Below, in pieces: positions 10,729-20,001 of a stretch of 64,000 nt of DNA. Location: the NCBI GenBank assembly GCA_964637115.1, contig CAZWVL010000006.1, positions 1-64,000 on the forward strand, written 5' to 3'. The notes under the pieces are model-generated. The model was given only the letters and a program-made list of their open reading frames with translations. It did not search any database and was not told the origin of the DNA. A program made the translations under genes and the position numbers. Position 1 is the stretch's first letter, and the number at the start of each line of letters is the position of its first letter. Source of the DNA: an uncultured Methanosarcinales archaeon (GTDB lineage Archaea > Nanobdellota > Nanobdellia > Woesearchaeales > ARS49).

Positions 10729-12246
10729 ATGAAACTGATACCCATCATATTGCTCATATGCTTTCTTCCTATAGCAAACGCGCACCTTGAAAGCAGCATA
10801 CACCTGACAGATGAAGGCTTCATTCCAACTGAAATTGAGATTGCGCCTGGAACAATGGTTGTATTCGAAAACAAGGGAAAAGAAACCCATTGGCCAGCCT
10901 CCAATATGCACCCAACACACGAAGAATATTCAGAATTTGACCCGAAAATGCCTATAAAGCCAGGCGAACGCTGGGAATTCACATTTGAAAATATAGGAGA
11001 ATGGCAGTTCCACGACCATCTAAACCCGCAGACAACAGGCACGATAATTGTAGGAAAAGAACATACTGCAGGATTCTTTTCTGAACTTAAAGGGTTTTTG
11101 ACGGACCTGTTGAAAATATTTCAAAGGAAAGAAAAAACGCCTGAGATAACAGCACTGCTTGTTCAGCCATCTGATTTTCATACTACGAACCAAATCAATA
11201 CTTCGTGCAGCAAATATGATTTAAAATGCGTCAAGAATTCGTTGAATGAGATAACAATCGAATACGGTCCGCAAAGAGCCTTGCAACATTTAGAAGCCTT
11301 ACAGCAACAGGGAAACGTCAGCTTATCATTGGACGACCATGACCTAGCGCACGCAATTGGAAGAACCACTGCTGAAAAACTAGGCATAACACCAGAATAC
11401 TTTTTCGAGTGCGACACTGATTTTGACTACGGATGCCAGCACGGATTCTTCGAATACGTACTAAGCAATACGAGCACAGGAGAAGGAGCAATCTCACTAA
11501 TCTGCGACCAAATCAACAGCACATATTCAGTGCACTACAAATACAGATGCTATCACGGAGCAGGCCACGGAATAATGATGGCAAAAGCATACGATTTAAA
11601 CGAAACACTTGCAGTCTGCGACGAACTTGAAACACACTTTGCACAAGACGGCTGCTGGCAGGGAGCATTTATGGAAAACACAAACGCAATAATGAGAAAT
11701 CAAGCACGCAAAGGATACGTATCAACAACAGATGCTCTTGTCCCGTGCACACAAATGCAGGAAAAATACCAATACGAATGCTTTTACAACCAAGCACCGT
11801 GGCTTATGAGATTTTTTGATTATGACGTAAGCAATGCATCTCGGGCGTGCCTGCAAGCACCGCAAAACTTCATAGACATATGCGTACAAGGTTTGGGATT
11901 AACGCTTACAAGCCCCAAATGGCACGCGATAGTTATTAAAAACTGGAAACCAGAAGATTTCATTGAAAATTCGTGGGAAATATGCGAACAATTCCCTGAA
12001 AATTACGTTTTTCAGTGCATAAATGGAGCAGTTGACAATATTCTGAATTTTGATCAACTGGACATTACACGGGCAGCAGAATTCTGTTCTATTGTTGAAA
12101 ACAGACTGCAAGAAGGTTGCTATCAAGAAATAGGAAGAAGCGTTTCGTTCCAGGCAACAGATAATTCAACGGTGCGGGAAATATGCAATGGATTGGAAGG
12201 GCCGTTGAATAATAGTTGTTTGAAAGGGGCGAATTTGGTCAAATAA
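10729..12246 (+). CDS. Secreted cupredoxin-like domain fused to a Cys/His-rich helical domain (paralogue 1)
   Basis: Signal ANA-H19; GFIPTEIEIAPG.V.FEN...WPASN.HPTH...FD...PGE.W.FTF...G.W.FHDH (cupredoxin pattern without the Cys ligand); C-terminal HDLAHAIG, CQHGFFE, CYHGAGHG, CWQGAFMEN. Confidence 0.8.
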   Translation: MKLIPIILLICFLPIANAHLESSIHLTDEGFIPTEIEIAPGTMVVFENKGKETHWPASNMHPTHEEYSEFDPKMPIKPGERWEFTFENIGEWQFHDHLNPQTTGTIIVGKEHTAGFFSELKGFLTDLLKIFQRKEKTPEITALLVQPSDFHTTNQINTSCSKYDLKCVKNSLNEITIEYGPQRALQHLEALQQQGNVSLSLDDHDLAHAIGRTTAEKLGITPEYFFECDTDFDYGCQHGFFEYVLSNTSTGEGAISLICDQINSTYSVHYKYRCYHGAGHGIMMAKAYDLNETLAVCDELETHFAQDGCWQGAFMENTNAIMRNQARKGYVSTTDALVPCTQMQEKYQYECFYNQAPWLMRFFDYDVSNASRACLQAPQNFIDICVQGLGLTLTSPKWHAIVIKNWKPEDFIENSWEICEQFPENYVFQCINGAVDNILNFDQLDITRAAEFCSIVENRLQEGCYQEIGRSVSFQATDNSTVREICNGLEGPLNNSCLKGANLVK

Positions 12247-12289
12247 ACTTGTTCTTTTACAATTTCACAAAAGGTTTCATCAGAGACAT

Positions 12290-13189
12290 TTAGCCAAATT
12301 TTTTATAAAACAGCTTAACAAGTTTTTGGGCGTTAGCTTTTTTAGCGGCACGCATAATCTTTTCTCTGACAGACGACTTGACATCAAAAACAGTGGGTGT
12401 CCGATATTCATCCTCCCATCTGGGCTTGCGGGGCTTGTATCTTCCCACGTAGGGGCCGCGCATAATTCTCCTTTCTAGATTGTTCCGCGCCAGCACGACA
12501 TATTTCTGCGTTTGAGAATAATCCGCCCAAGCCATATAACCAGGACAATATTTGTAATACAAAATTCTTCTGGGATGGTCGCTTTTCCATAATTTAGTAC
12601 CATGAATTACCGCTTCGTTGAAAATCACAAGATCGCCAGCATTCAAGACAGGATTATGCACCCACCATTCCTCCAGGTCACCTTTAAGAATTTTGTAATA
12701 GACATCAATTCCTGTAAGAGGAATATTCTGCTTATGGCTTCCAGGAACAAAAATAAGCCCACCGTCTCCTTTCTTCACCGGATGCATTACAAAGCCAAAT
12801 TGAACCTGACCACAATAAGGCCTGTTGCCATACCAAAAGTACTGAAAACCTCCCTGTTCAGCCATCAGACCACCATGCAAATTTTCAATCTTGGCCTTAC
12901 CAATAAATGGGCGTATTTGCTGATATCCGAATGCGTGGTCAAATCGGAACCATTTTCCCATCAGTTGCTCACAAACCGCCAACACGCGCGGATCAGACAA
13001 AAGGTCCATAAATATGAGATCGAGATGGAGAAACTCGAACTTAACAATAAACTCTCCCTCGTGAGCCTTGTCAAGGATAGCGTTAATGTGCCTGACCTGC
13101 TTATTCGTAAGAAAATTTCTAATGATCGTATAGCCACACAAGTCAAACTCGTATAAATTTTTAAGACTTAAACCCTTTGAAAATACCAT
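12290..13189 (-). CDS. PhyH-family Fe(II)/2-oxoglutarate-dependent oxygenase
   Basis: FDLCGYTIIRNFL, GGLIFVPGSHK, AGDLVIFNEAVIHGT, RR..YYKY. Start placed at ATG 13189 (MVFSK) behind a GTGATGG RBS, not at 13342. Confidence 0.82.
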   Translation of the reverse strand: MVFSKGLSLKNLYEFDLCGYTIIRNFLTNKQVRHINAILDKAHEGEFIVKFEFLHLDLIFMDLLSDPRVLAVCEQLMGKWFRFDHAFGYQQIRPFIGKAKIENLHGGLMAEQGGFQYFWYGNRPYCGQVQFGFVMHPVKKGDGGLIFVPGSHKQNIPLTGIDVYYKILKGDLEEWWVHNPVLNAGDLVIFNEAVIHGTKLWKSDHPRRILYYKYCPGYMAWADYSQTQKYVVLARNNLERRIMRGPYVGRYKPRKPRWEDEYRTPTVFDVKSSVREKIMRAAKKANAQKLVKLFYKKFG

Positions 13190-13309
13190 CCCATCACAGA
13201 GGAAAGTTTTCCCTTTTTTAAATCTTGTGCAGACGAGATATTTGCAAAGAGAAATGTTTAAGAAGTGCTGCAAAATCAATAATTCAGTAGAAAAAGGGGC
13301 TACATTTGA

Positions 13310-14758
13310 ATGTGGAATTATAAAAAAATTGGTCGCAAACATGTAATTCTTGCTTCTGTGATGCTGATTAACTTTTTACTAATCCTGTATACGAGCCAAA
13401 TAACACTCCGCAATTTTCAAAATTCTGCGGATGAACACATACAATATTTGACAGCGCAGATGTTCGCGAATGGAAAACTTACTGTTCCCGCACCAAACCA
13501 CAGCGAATTTTTCAAAGCATTTCACCTGATGATTGAAAATGGAAGAGCTTATGGAGTATTTCCTGCGGGATGGCCTCTTTTCTTGTCGATCGGAATGCTG
13601 TTTAATGCGCCATGGTTAGTAAACCCAATATTTGGAACTTTAACTTTATTACTCGTTTTTTTGATTGCCGTAAAACATTTTTCCAAGCGTGTTGCAATTA
13701 TTTCAATTACAATAACTCTTTTCAACCCATTTTTCATTTTCAATTCCGCATCATATTTCACACATCCAACAGCGCTTCTTTTTGTCACATTATTTGTTTA
13801 CTTTTACATGAATTGCCTCGATAACCCCAATAAAAAATCCAATTATTTAATGATGGGCCTGGCAAGTGGATTTGCCTTTCTAGCAAGGCCATTTACCGCA
13901 ACGGTCGTTATAGTGCCACTGGGAGTTTACTTGATTTACTTTTTTATTAAAAGCAAAAACGTGAAAATATTTTTTAAGAATTGTATGATTCCAATCATCG
14001 TTTTTTCGTTTTTCCTGACTTTTTATTTGTGGTACAATGACCATCGCACAGGCTCTCCTTTCCTTGATCCAGAAAAAAAGTTGTACCCTTGCGTAATACC
14101 ATTGTCTTCAAAGTGTCCATTCGGCATATCTAAAGCTTTAGAAATTACAATTTCTAGAATCGAACTGTTGAATTTATGGATGCCAATTGTTATGATTTTT
14201 GTATTTTTTTATATTTTCAAAAGACGAAAGACCACCAAAGAAAAAATTCTTTTGCTCATTCCTGCTTTTCTTATAGGCGGATACTTTGTTGACCTCGTAT
14301 CAGCCGGAAATCAATATGGTCCACGTTTTTGGTACGAATCATTTTCTGCTCTCATTCTTATAACTGCGTTGGGCGTTAATTCTTTTAAAAAAAAGAAAGT
14401 AATTGCTGGAATTATTGCGATTTTCTTGATTTTTAACATTGGCTTTTTTTATTACCAAATTTCAATATATGGACCAATGGTCATCGAAAGGACTGAAATC
14501 TTTGACCTTGCAAAAAAAGGAAATCTTACAAACGCGATTGTCTTTTTGAAAACTGGATCAGGCAACATGAATCCACCTGATTTAATCAGAAATAGCATTT
14601 ATTTCAATCAATCGGTATTATACGTTTATGATCTTGGCGATAAAAATACTGATTTAATTAAAGATTTTCCTGATAGAACGTATTACTATTGGATATTTGA
14701 TTCCAGCACGCAGAAAGGGCTGTTTGTTCCATACACTAATTTTACCGTGAATAACTGA
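13310..14758 (+). CDS. GT-C fold polytopic glycosyltransferase (ArnT/PMT-like)
   Basis: Multiple TM segments, SADE acidic motif in the first loop, GPRFWYE. Confidence 0.78.
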   Translation: MWNYKKIGRKHVILASVMLINFLLILYTSQITLRNFQNSADEHIQYLTAQMFANGKLTVPAPNHSEFFKAFHLMIENGRAYGVFPAGWPLFLSIGMLFNAPWLVNPIFGTLTLLLVFLIAVKHFSKRVAIISITITLFNPFFIFNSASYFTHPTALLFVTLFVYFYMNCLDNPNKKSNYLMMGLASGFAFLARPFTATVVIVPLGVYLIYFFIKSKNVKIFFKNCMIPIIVFSFFLTFYLWYNDHRTGSPFLDPEKKLYPCVIPLSSKCPFGISKALEITISRIELLNLWMPIVMIFVFFYIFKRRKTTKEKILLLIPAFLIGGYFVDLVSAGNQYGPRFWYESFSALILITALGVNSFKKKKVIAGIIAIFLIFNIGFFYYQISIYGPMVIERTEIFDLAKKGNLTNAIVFLKTGSGNMNPPDLIRNSIYFNQSVLYVYDLGDKNTDLIKDFPDRTYYYWIFDSSTQKGLFVPYTNFTVNN

Positions 14759-14813
14759 CAGCGATTAAGAACATAAGCATACAAAATTTTATATAAGGTA
14801 TCCATAGTGTCCT

Positions 14814-15872
14814 TTGAAGGGGGTGGAAAAGGTGAATTGGACAGCTAAACGAGTGCTTGTGACAGGAGGAGCTTCATTCATAGGCTCGCACCTTGTTGAT
14901 TCACTAGTTGCACTTGGAGCAAAAGTAAGAATAGTAGATGACCTGTCAAGCGGCAAACTTCACAACATTCAAACACATTTAGACAAAGGCGTGGTTGAAT
15001 TCAAAAACGCAAATCTGCTTCACCACAATGTTGCCAAAGAAGCAATGAAAGACATTGATATTGTATTCCACCTCGCTGCAAACCACGGCGGAAGAGGATA
15101 TGTTGATTTACACCAAGTTGCGTGTGCAACTAATTTCAGACTGGACAGCCACGTCTTTGAAGAAGCAGCACAATCAAGTGTTGAAAAAGTAGTGTTTGCA
15201 TCCACAGGATGCGTATATCCAAATTACAAACAGCAAGACCTAAGCAAGGAAATTTACCTTAAAGAAGAAGATGTCGGGCCACCATATGACGCAGACAACA
15301 CATACGGATGGGCCAAGTTGATGGCTGAATTGACATTGAAGGCTTACCACAAGGAACATGGACTAAAATCGGCATCGTGCAGATTTTTTACAGTTTATGG
15401 AGAACGAGGAGTTGAAAATCACGCAATCATGACAATGATTGCACGTGCATTTACCAAAAAAGATCCATTCGAAGTGTGGGGTACGGGAGAACAATTGCGC
15501 AACTGGACATACGTCGGAGATATTGTGCGTGGAACGATTCTTGCTGCGGAGAAAATTGATGATTCGAGCGCAGTTAATCTGGGAACAACTGAACGAATAC
15601 GCGTGCTTGATGCGGTAAAAATGATAATTGAACACGTCAAGAACAATTATTATTCTGATTATTCGCCAACAATCAAAACCCTGCCACACATGCCGACTGG
15701 CCCGCTAAATAGAATAGCTGACAACTCACGCTCGAAACAAATACTTGGTAACTGGCAGCAAGTAAGCTTCAAGGAAGGCCTCCACAAGACAATAAAGTGG
15801 TATTTTGCGAACAAGAAACACGAACATGTTGAAGAAATATTTGCAAAGAATAAGATCACTGAAAGAATATGA
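14814..15872 (+). CDS. NAD-dependent nucleotide-sugar epimerase/dehydratase (extended SDR)
   Basis: VLVTGGASFIGSHLVD, FASTGCVYP, YGWAK (YxxxK), GEQLRNWTYVGD. The start may be the GTG about 5-7 codons downstream. Confidence 0.9.
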   Translation: MKGVEKVNWTAKRVLVTGGASFIGSHLVDSLVALGAKVRIVDDLSSGKLHNIQTHLDKGVVEFKNANLLHHNVAKEAMKDIDIVFHLAANHGGRGYVDLHQVACATNFRLDSHVFEEAAQSSVEKVVFASTGCVYPNYKQQDLSKEIYLKEEDVGPPYDADNTYGWAKLMAELTLKAYHKEHGLKSASCRFFTVYGERGVENHAIMTMIARAFTKKDPFEVWGTGEQLRNWTYVGDIVRGTILAAEKIDDSSAVNLGTTERIRVLDAVKMIIEHVKNNYYSDYSPTIKTLPHMPTGPLNRIADNSRSKQILGNWQQVSFKEGLHKTIKWYFANKKHEHVEEIFAKNKITERI

Positions 15873-17338
15873 AAAATACAGATTTGGCCCTTAAGTTCTC
15901 TAAATTGCTCTTGATTGCCACGGCTATTTTCTTTGTCATCGTCTACATTTTTGTGGCTTTATCGCGCATATCATATCCATTTCAGCTTGAAGCAGCTGAA
16001 GGACAATCTCTTGTGCAAGTGCAAAGAATAATTGCTGGTGAACCATATTACGTTAATCCGTCCTTAGAATACATAACTACGGCATATACGCCTTTGTACT
16101 TTTACTTTGCCGCATATATTGCAAAAATTATTGGCGCCACCTTCCTGCCACTTCGTTTATTATCATTCGTGTCATCTCTCGGCTGTCTTATTCTTATTTT
16201 TTTGATTGTAAAACGAGAAACAAAAAACAATTTTCCAGGAATCGTAGCTGCAGGAATGTTTGCTGCTATGTTCAAGATTGGCGGCGCGTGGTATGATATT
16301 GGACGTGTGGACTCACTGTTTCTATTCTTTCTGCTGCTCGGATTGTATTTCTTAAAAACAGGCAACTGGAAATCACAAGTACTTGCCGGAATATTCATTG
16401 CGCTGTCATTCCTGACAAAGCAGACAACTGCTGTCATTTCATTGCCATTAATTCTATACGCCATTATTGCCAACCGGAAACGTTCTGTTTTTTTCATAAG
16501 TTCATATGGAGCACTTGCCGGGGCAGGAACATTGTTAATCTATCTTTTCAATAAAGACTGGTTTTTCTATTACTTTCTTTCGGCCGGGAGGCACGCTGTT
16601 TTGAAGAACAGATTGATTGATTTTTGGACGCAAGACATTTTCATGCTACTGCCTATTGCGTGTGTTCTAATTATATACTATTTTTACAAAAATCGAGGAA
16701 ATCTGCCATCAAACATTTACTTTTTAGCGACAGTTGGGATGATGACAGGAGCATACATCTCAAGGATAGATATCGGCGGGTACAATAACGTATTGTTACC
16801 TGCCTATGCATCCATCGCCATACTTATTGGATTGACAGTCGACTTTATTGAGAAGACCAGCACAAGCATGTCTAAAATAGCTTTGACTTGCCTGCTTTTT
16901 GTTCAGTTTGCTTTGCTCTTGTATTTCCCAGCTAATTTAATACCGACAAAACACGATGCACAAATGGGACATCAGCTTGTTGATATGATATCAAAATTTG
17001 ATGGCGACGTATTCATTCCAAATCATCCCTATATTCTGAGCATGGCTGGCAAGAAAGGTCATGCGTACTCAGGAACCATATTTGACGCGCTAACTTTTAA
17101 AAAAAGGGTATTGGGGGACAAAATCCAAAAAGAAATTGAAGCTGCAATAAGCAATAAGCGATTCAGTGCCATAATATTAGACAATTATTTCATGGGGCTT
17201 GCAATTTTTTTGCCTACGATAGAAAAACATTACACTAAGAAGGGACTGGTGTTCCAGGAACCTGGATTCATGACTGTTACTGGATTGCCAATGCGGCCTC
17301 AAGATATATATGTCCCTGTTAATGCCTCCACAACATGA
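15869..17338 (+). CDS. GT-C fold polytopic glycosyltransferase
   Basis: Multiple TM segments, YPFQLEAAEG, YTPLYFY, GRVDSL, TKQ. Confidence 0.75.
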   Translation: MKNTDLALKFSKLLLIATAIFFVIVYIFVALSRISYPFQLEAAEGQSLVQVQRIIAGEPYYVNPSLEYITTAYTPLYFYFAAYIAKIIGATFLPLRLLSFVSSLGCLILIFLIVKRETKNNFPGIVAAGMFAAMFKIGGAWYDIGRVDSLFLFFLLLGLYFLKTGNWKSQVLAGIFIALSFLTKQTTAVISLPLILYAIIANRKRSVFFISSYGALAGAGTLLIYLFNKDWFFYYFLSAGRHAVLKNRLIDFWTQDIFMLLPIACVLIIYYFYKNRGNLPSNIYFLATVGMMTGAYISRIDIGGYNNVLLPAYASIAILIGLTVDFIEKTSTSMSKIALTCLLFVQFALLLYFPANLIPTKHDAQMGHQLVDMISKFDGDVFIPNHPYILSMAGKKGHAYSGTIFDALTFKKRVLGDKIQKEIEAAISNKRFSAIILDNYFMGLAIFLPTIEKHYTKKGLVFQEPGFMTVTGLPMRPQDIYVPVNASTT

Positions 17339-18126
17339 AGAACCCTCAAGCGAGCATAATAACTGTAGTGCGGAATGGCGAGCATCTGATTGAGCGAACC
17401 ATTAAAAGCATAATAAATCAAACCTTTACTGATTTTGAATACATAATAATCGACGGTGCTTCAACGGACGGCACTGTTAACGTAATAAAAAAATATCAAA
17501 AACACATTTCACACTGGATCAGCGAGCCAGACAAATCGCATTTTGATGCCATGAATAAAGGGCTCAAAATGGCCAAGGGAAAATATGTATGGTATATTCA
17601 TGCAGGAGATGAGATTTGTTATAAAAACACGCTTGAAAGAATATTTTCGCAAAACCAAAATGCCGATGCCTATTATGGAGAAACTGTTTTGACAAACATG
17701 AACGGTGATGAAGTAGATACTTTTAGGCGCAGAGCACCTGAACAACTAAGTTGGAAGAAAATGAACAGGGGAATGGCAGTATGCCATCAGTCTTTCATAA
17801 TAAAAAAGGAACTTGCTCAACAATATGATTACAAAAACTTTCCATATAGCGCTGATCACGATTGGATAATAAAATGCCTTAAGCAATGCAGCAGTGTAGT
17901 AAATACAAAAATGATTTTGTCAAGGTTTCTGGCAGGCGGAATCTCAAAGAAGCATAAAATGGCATCATGGCTAGAACGCTTCAGACTGTTGTCCAAACAT
18001 TTTGGTCTTGCCAGAAGCATCACAAATCATTTCATAATTACTGCAACATATCCAGTACGAATATTCAGGCCATCGCCTGCACAACTGCGCGAGGAACTCA
18101 ATGCCAAAAATAAAATTTTCGATTAA
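17335..18126 (+). CDS. GT2 glycosyltransferase
   Basis: SIITVVRN, IIIDGASTDGT, SEPD...DAMNKG, CHQSF, ADHDW. Confidence 0.92.
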   Translation: MKNPQASIITVVRNGEHLIERTIKSIINQTFTDFEYIIIDGASTDGTVNVIKKYQKHISHWISEPDKSHFDAMNKGLKMAKGKYVWYIHAGDEICYKNTLERIFSQNQNADAYYGETVLTNMNGDEVDTFRRRAPEQLSWKKMNRGMAVCHQSFIIKKELAQQYDYKNFPYSADHDWIIKCLKQCSSVVNTKMILSRFLAGGISKKHKMASWLERFRLLSKHFGLARSITNHFIITATYPVRIFRPSPAQLREELNAKNKIFD

Positions 18127-18973
18127 TATTATCACTTACAACAGGCTGACTGACCTCAAAAAAACACTCAACACGCTTCTTAAACAAATAGACAACACCT
18201 GCGAGATAATAATCACTGATAATTCTACCAACAATAAAACAAAGGAATTTATCAAAAGTCAAAAGATTTCTGCAATCAGATATTTTGAAAACAAAAACAA
18301 CAACATTGCCTTGGCCCGCAATATAGGCATCAGGAAATCCCGCGGGCAGTATATTGTTTCAGTTGACGACGATTGCATTCCACAACAAAATTGGTTCAAA
18401 ATGGTCAAAAAATACTCCAAAGCATCAGATGCCATTGCAGGAAAAGTGGTCATACCGCGCTCTACCTTTCTCGGGAATGCAATTTCCGCACTCGGCTTTC
18501 CTGCAGGCGGAGCTTTGGGATTTGAGAAAATGTGGAAGGTGGACAAGACCGGCACATCTTCACACATTAGTTTATGCAACAGCATAATCAAAAAAAACAT
18601 AATAACAAGAGTTGGAATGTTTGATGAACAATTCAAATATGGTGCGGAGGACACGGAGCTAGCAGCAAGATTGATCAAAAGAGGGTATACGATAAAATAT
18701 GTCCCGCAATTGATTGTGCAGCACAAACCGCGCACAAACTTGAAAGGATTTGTATCGTGGCATATAAACCGAGGAAAAAGCAATTATTACCTAAAACAGA
18801 AAATGGGCAGGTTGGACGAGTATTTCAAGATGCGCGTGCACTCAACGCTTCTCATTCTCAACACATACAAATTCAAAAAAGAAATCATCTTGATTCCATT
18901 TTTACTTGCATTATACGTTGCATCACAACACTACGGCTATCTCAGTGAAAAAATCAGAAACGAATTCAAATAA
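18101..18973 (+). CDS. GT2 glycosyltransferase
   Basis: IIITDNS, ARNIG, VDDDC (DxD), FDEQFKYGAEDTEL. Confidence 0.92.
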   Translation: MPKIKFSINIITYNRLTDLKKTLNTLLKQIDNTCEIIITDNSTNNKTKEFIKSQKISAIRYFENKNNNIALARNIGIRKSRGQYIVSVDDDCIPQQNWFKMVKKYSKASDAIAGKVVIPRSTFLGNAISALGFPAGGALGFEKMWKVDKTGTSSHISLCNSIIKKNIITRVGMFDEQFKYGAEDTELAARLIKRGYTIKYVPQLIVQHKPRTNLKGFVSWHINRGKSNYYLKQKMGRLDEYFKMRVHSTLLILNTYKFKKEIILIPFLLALYVASQHYGYLSEKIRNEFK

Positions 18974-19892
18974 TTCTCCTAATTCTGTACGGTTTTTTGT
19001 TCTGACTGACATAATCCACTCTCACAAGCATGCTGGCAAGAAGACCTAAAATCACGAACTGCAAGCCAACAAGAAGAAGTCCAACTGATAAAAGGGGCAA
19101 GATGCTCTTTGTCAAATACTTAATCTCCAGCAAGCGCAGAATTAGAAGAACAACGCCCAGCAAAACACCAATTATGCACATCATAAAACCAACTGTTCCA
19201 AAAAAATGCAGAGGTCTTGTTTCAAAAGTTGACCACAATTTAACATCAATAAGGTCAAGAAAACCGCGCAAAAGAGTTATTGTGCCGTATTTGCTGCGGC
19301 CGTACATTCTGGGATGGTGATTTATCTGCACTTCACCAATTGAATAACCTTTTTTAAAAAGTATGGCTGGAATGTAACGGTGAAGCTCACCATATAAAGA
19401 CAAATCTTCCACTGCTTCTCTTTTGTAAGCTTTCAGGCCGCAATTGGAATCATGAATGGGTACGCTAAACAATTTTCTTTGCAAGTGGTTGAAAAGCTTG
19501 GAAGCTGCAATCTTGCCAGCCTTATCCCTTCTCTGCCTGCGCCAGCCGGAAACAACATCGTAATTCTTCAGACCTTGAATCAAAAGAGGGATATCTTTTG
19601 GATCGTTTTGCAAATCGCCATCAATAGTGATTATGATATCTCCTTTTGCAAGGTCAAAACCTGCTCTCAAAGCAGCGCTTTTGCCGAAATTGTGAGGAAA
19701 GTCTATTATTCGCACATTTTTTCCACTCTTCTTTACTTTCATCAAATTCGCCAAAGTGCCATCGCGCGAGCCATCATTAACAAAGATAATTTCATAATTG
19801 CCAAGTCCGTGCATCACTGAATTAAGCGCATCATATAGAGGACTAATGTTGGCTTCTTCATTATATACAGGCACCACCACAGAATATTTCAT
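18966..19892 (-). CDS. GT2 polyprenol-phosphate glycosyltransferase (DPM synthase/ArnC-like) with 2 C-terminal TM
   Basis: SVVVPVYNEE, VNDGSRDGT, NFGKSAAL.AG, TIDGDLQNDP, DSNCGLKAY, HRYIP. Start set at ATG 19892 (MKYS). Confidence 0.92.
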   Translation of the reverse strand: MKYSVVVPVYNEEANISPLYDALNSVMHGLGNYEIIFVNDGSRDGTLANLMKVKKSGKNVRIIDFPHNFGKSAALRAGFDLAKGDIIITIDGDLQNDPKDIPLLIQGLKNYDVVSGWRRQRRDKAGKIAASKLFNHLQRKLFSVPIHDSNCGLKAYKREAVEDLSLYGELHRYIPAILFKKGYSIGEVQINHHPRMYGRSKYGTITLLRGFLDLIDVKLWSTFETRPLHFFGTVGFMMCIIGVLLGVVLLILRLLEIKYLTKSILPLLSVGLLLVGLQFVILGLLASMLVRVDYVSQNKKPYRIRRII

Positions 19893-20001
19893 CACTACTT
19901 TCAAGTGCAGAGGCGTATAAAAGCATTTACAGACATTAGTATATGCATTGCCAGATATACTAATCAATAAATTTATTAAAGCGATTTAATGCTGACACGT
20001 C

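Noticed and set aside
13190-13342. N-terminal extension of the PhyH ORF
   Set aside because: It overlaps the divergent gene and promoter region; an RBS precedes ATG 13189.
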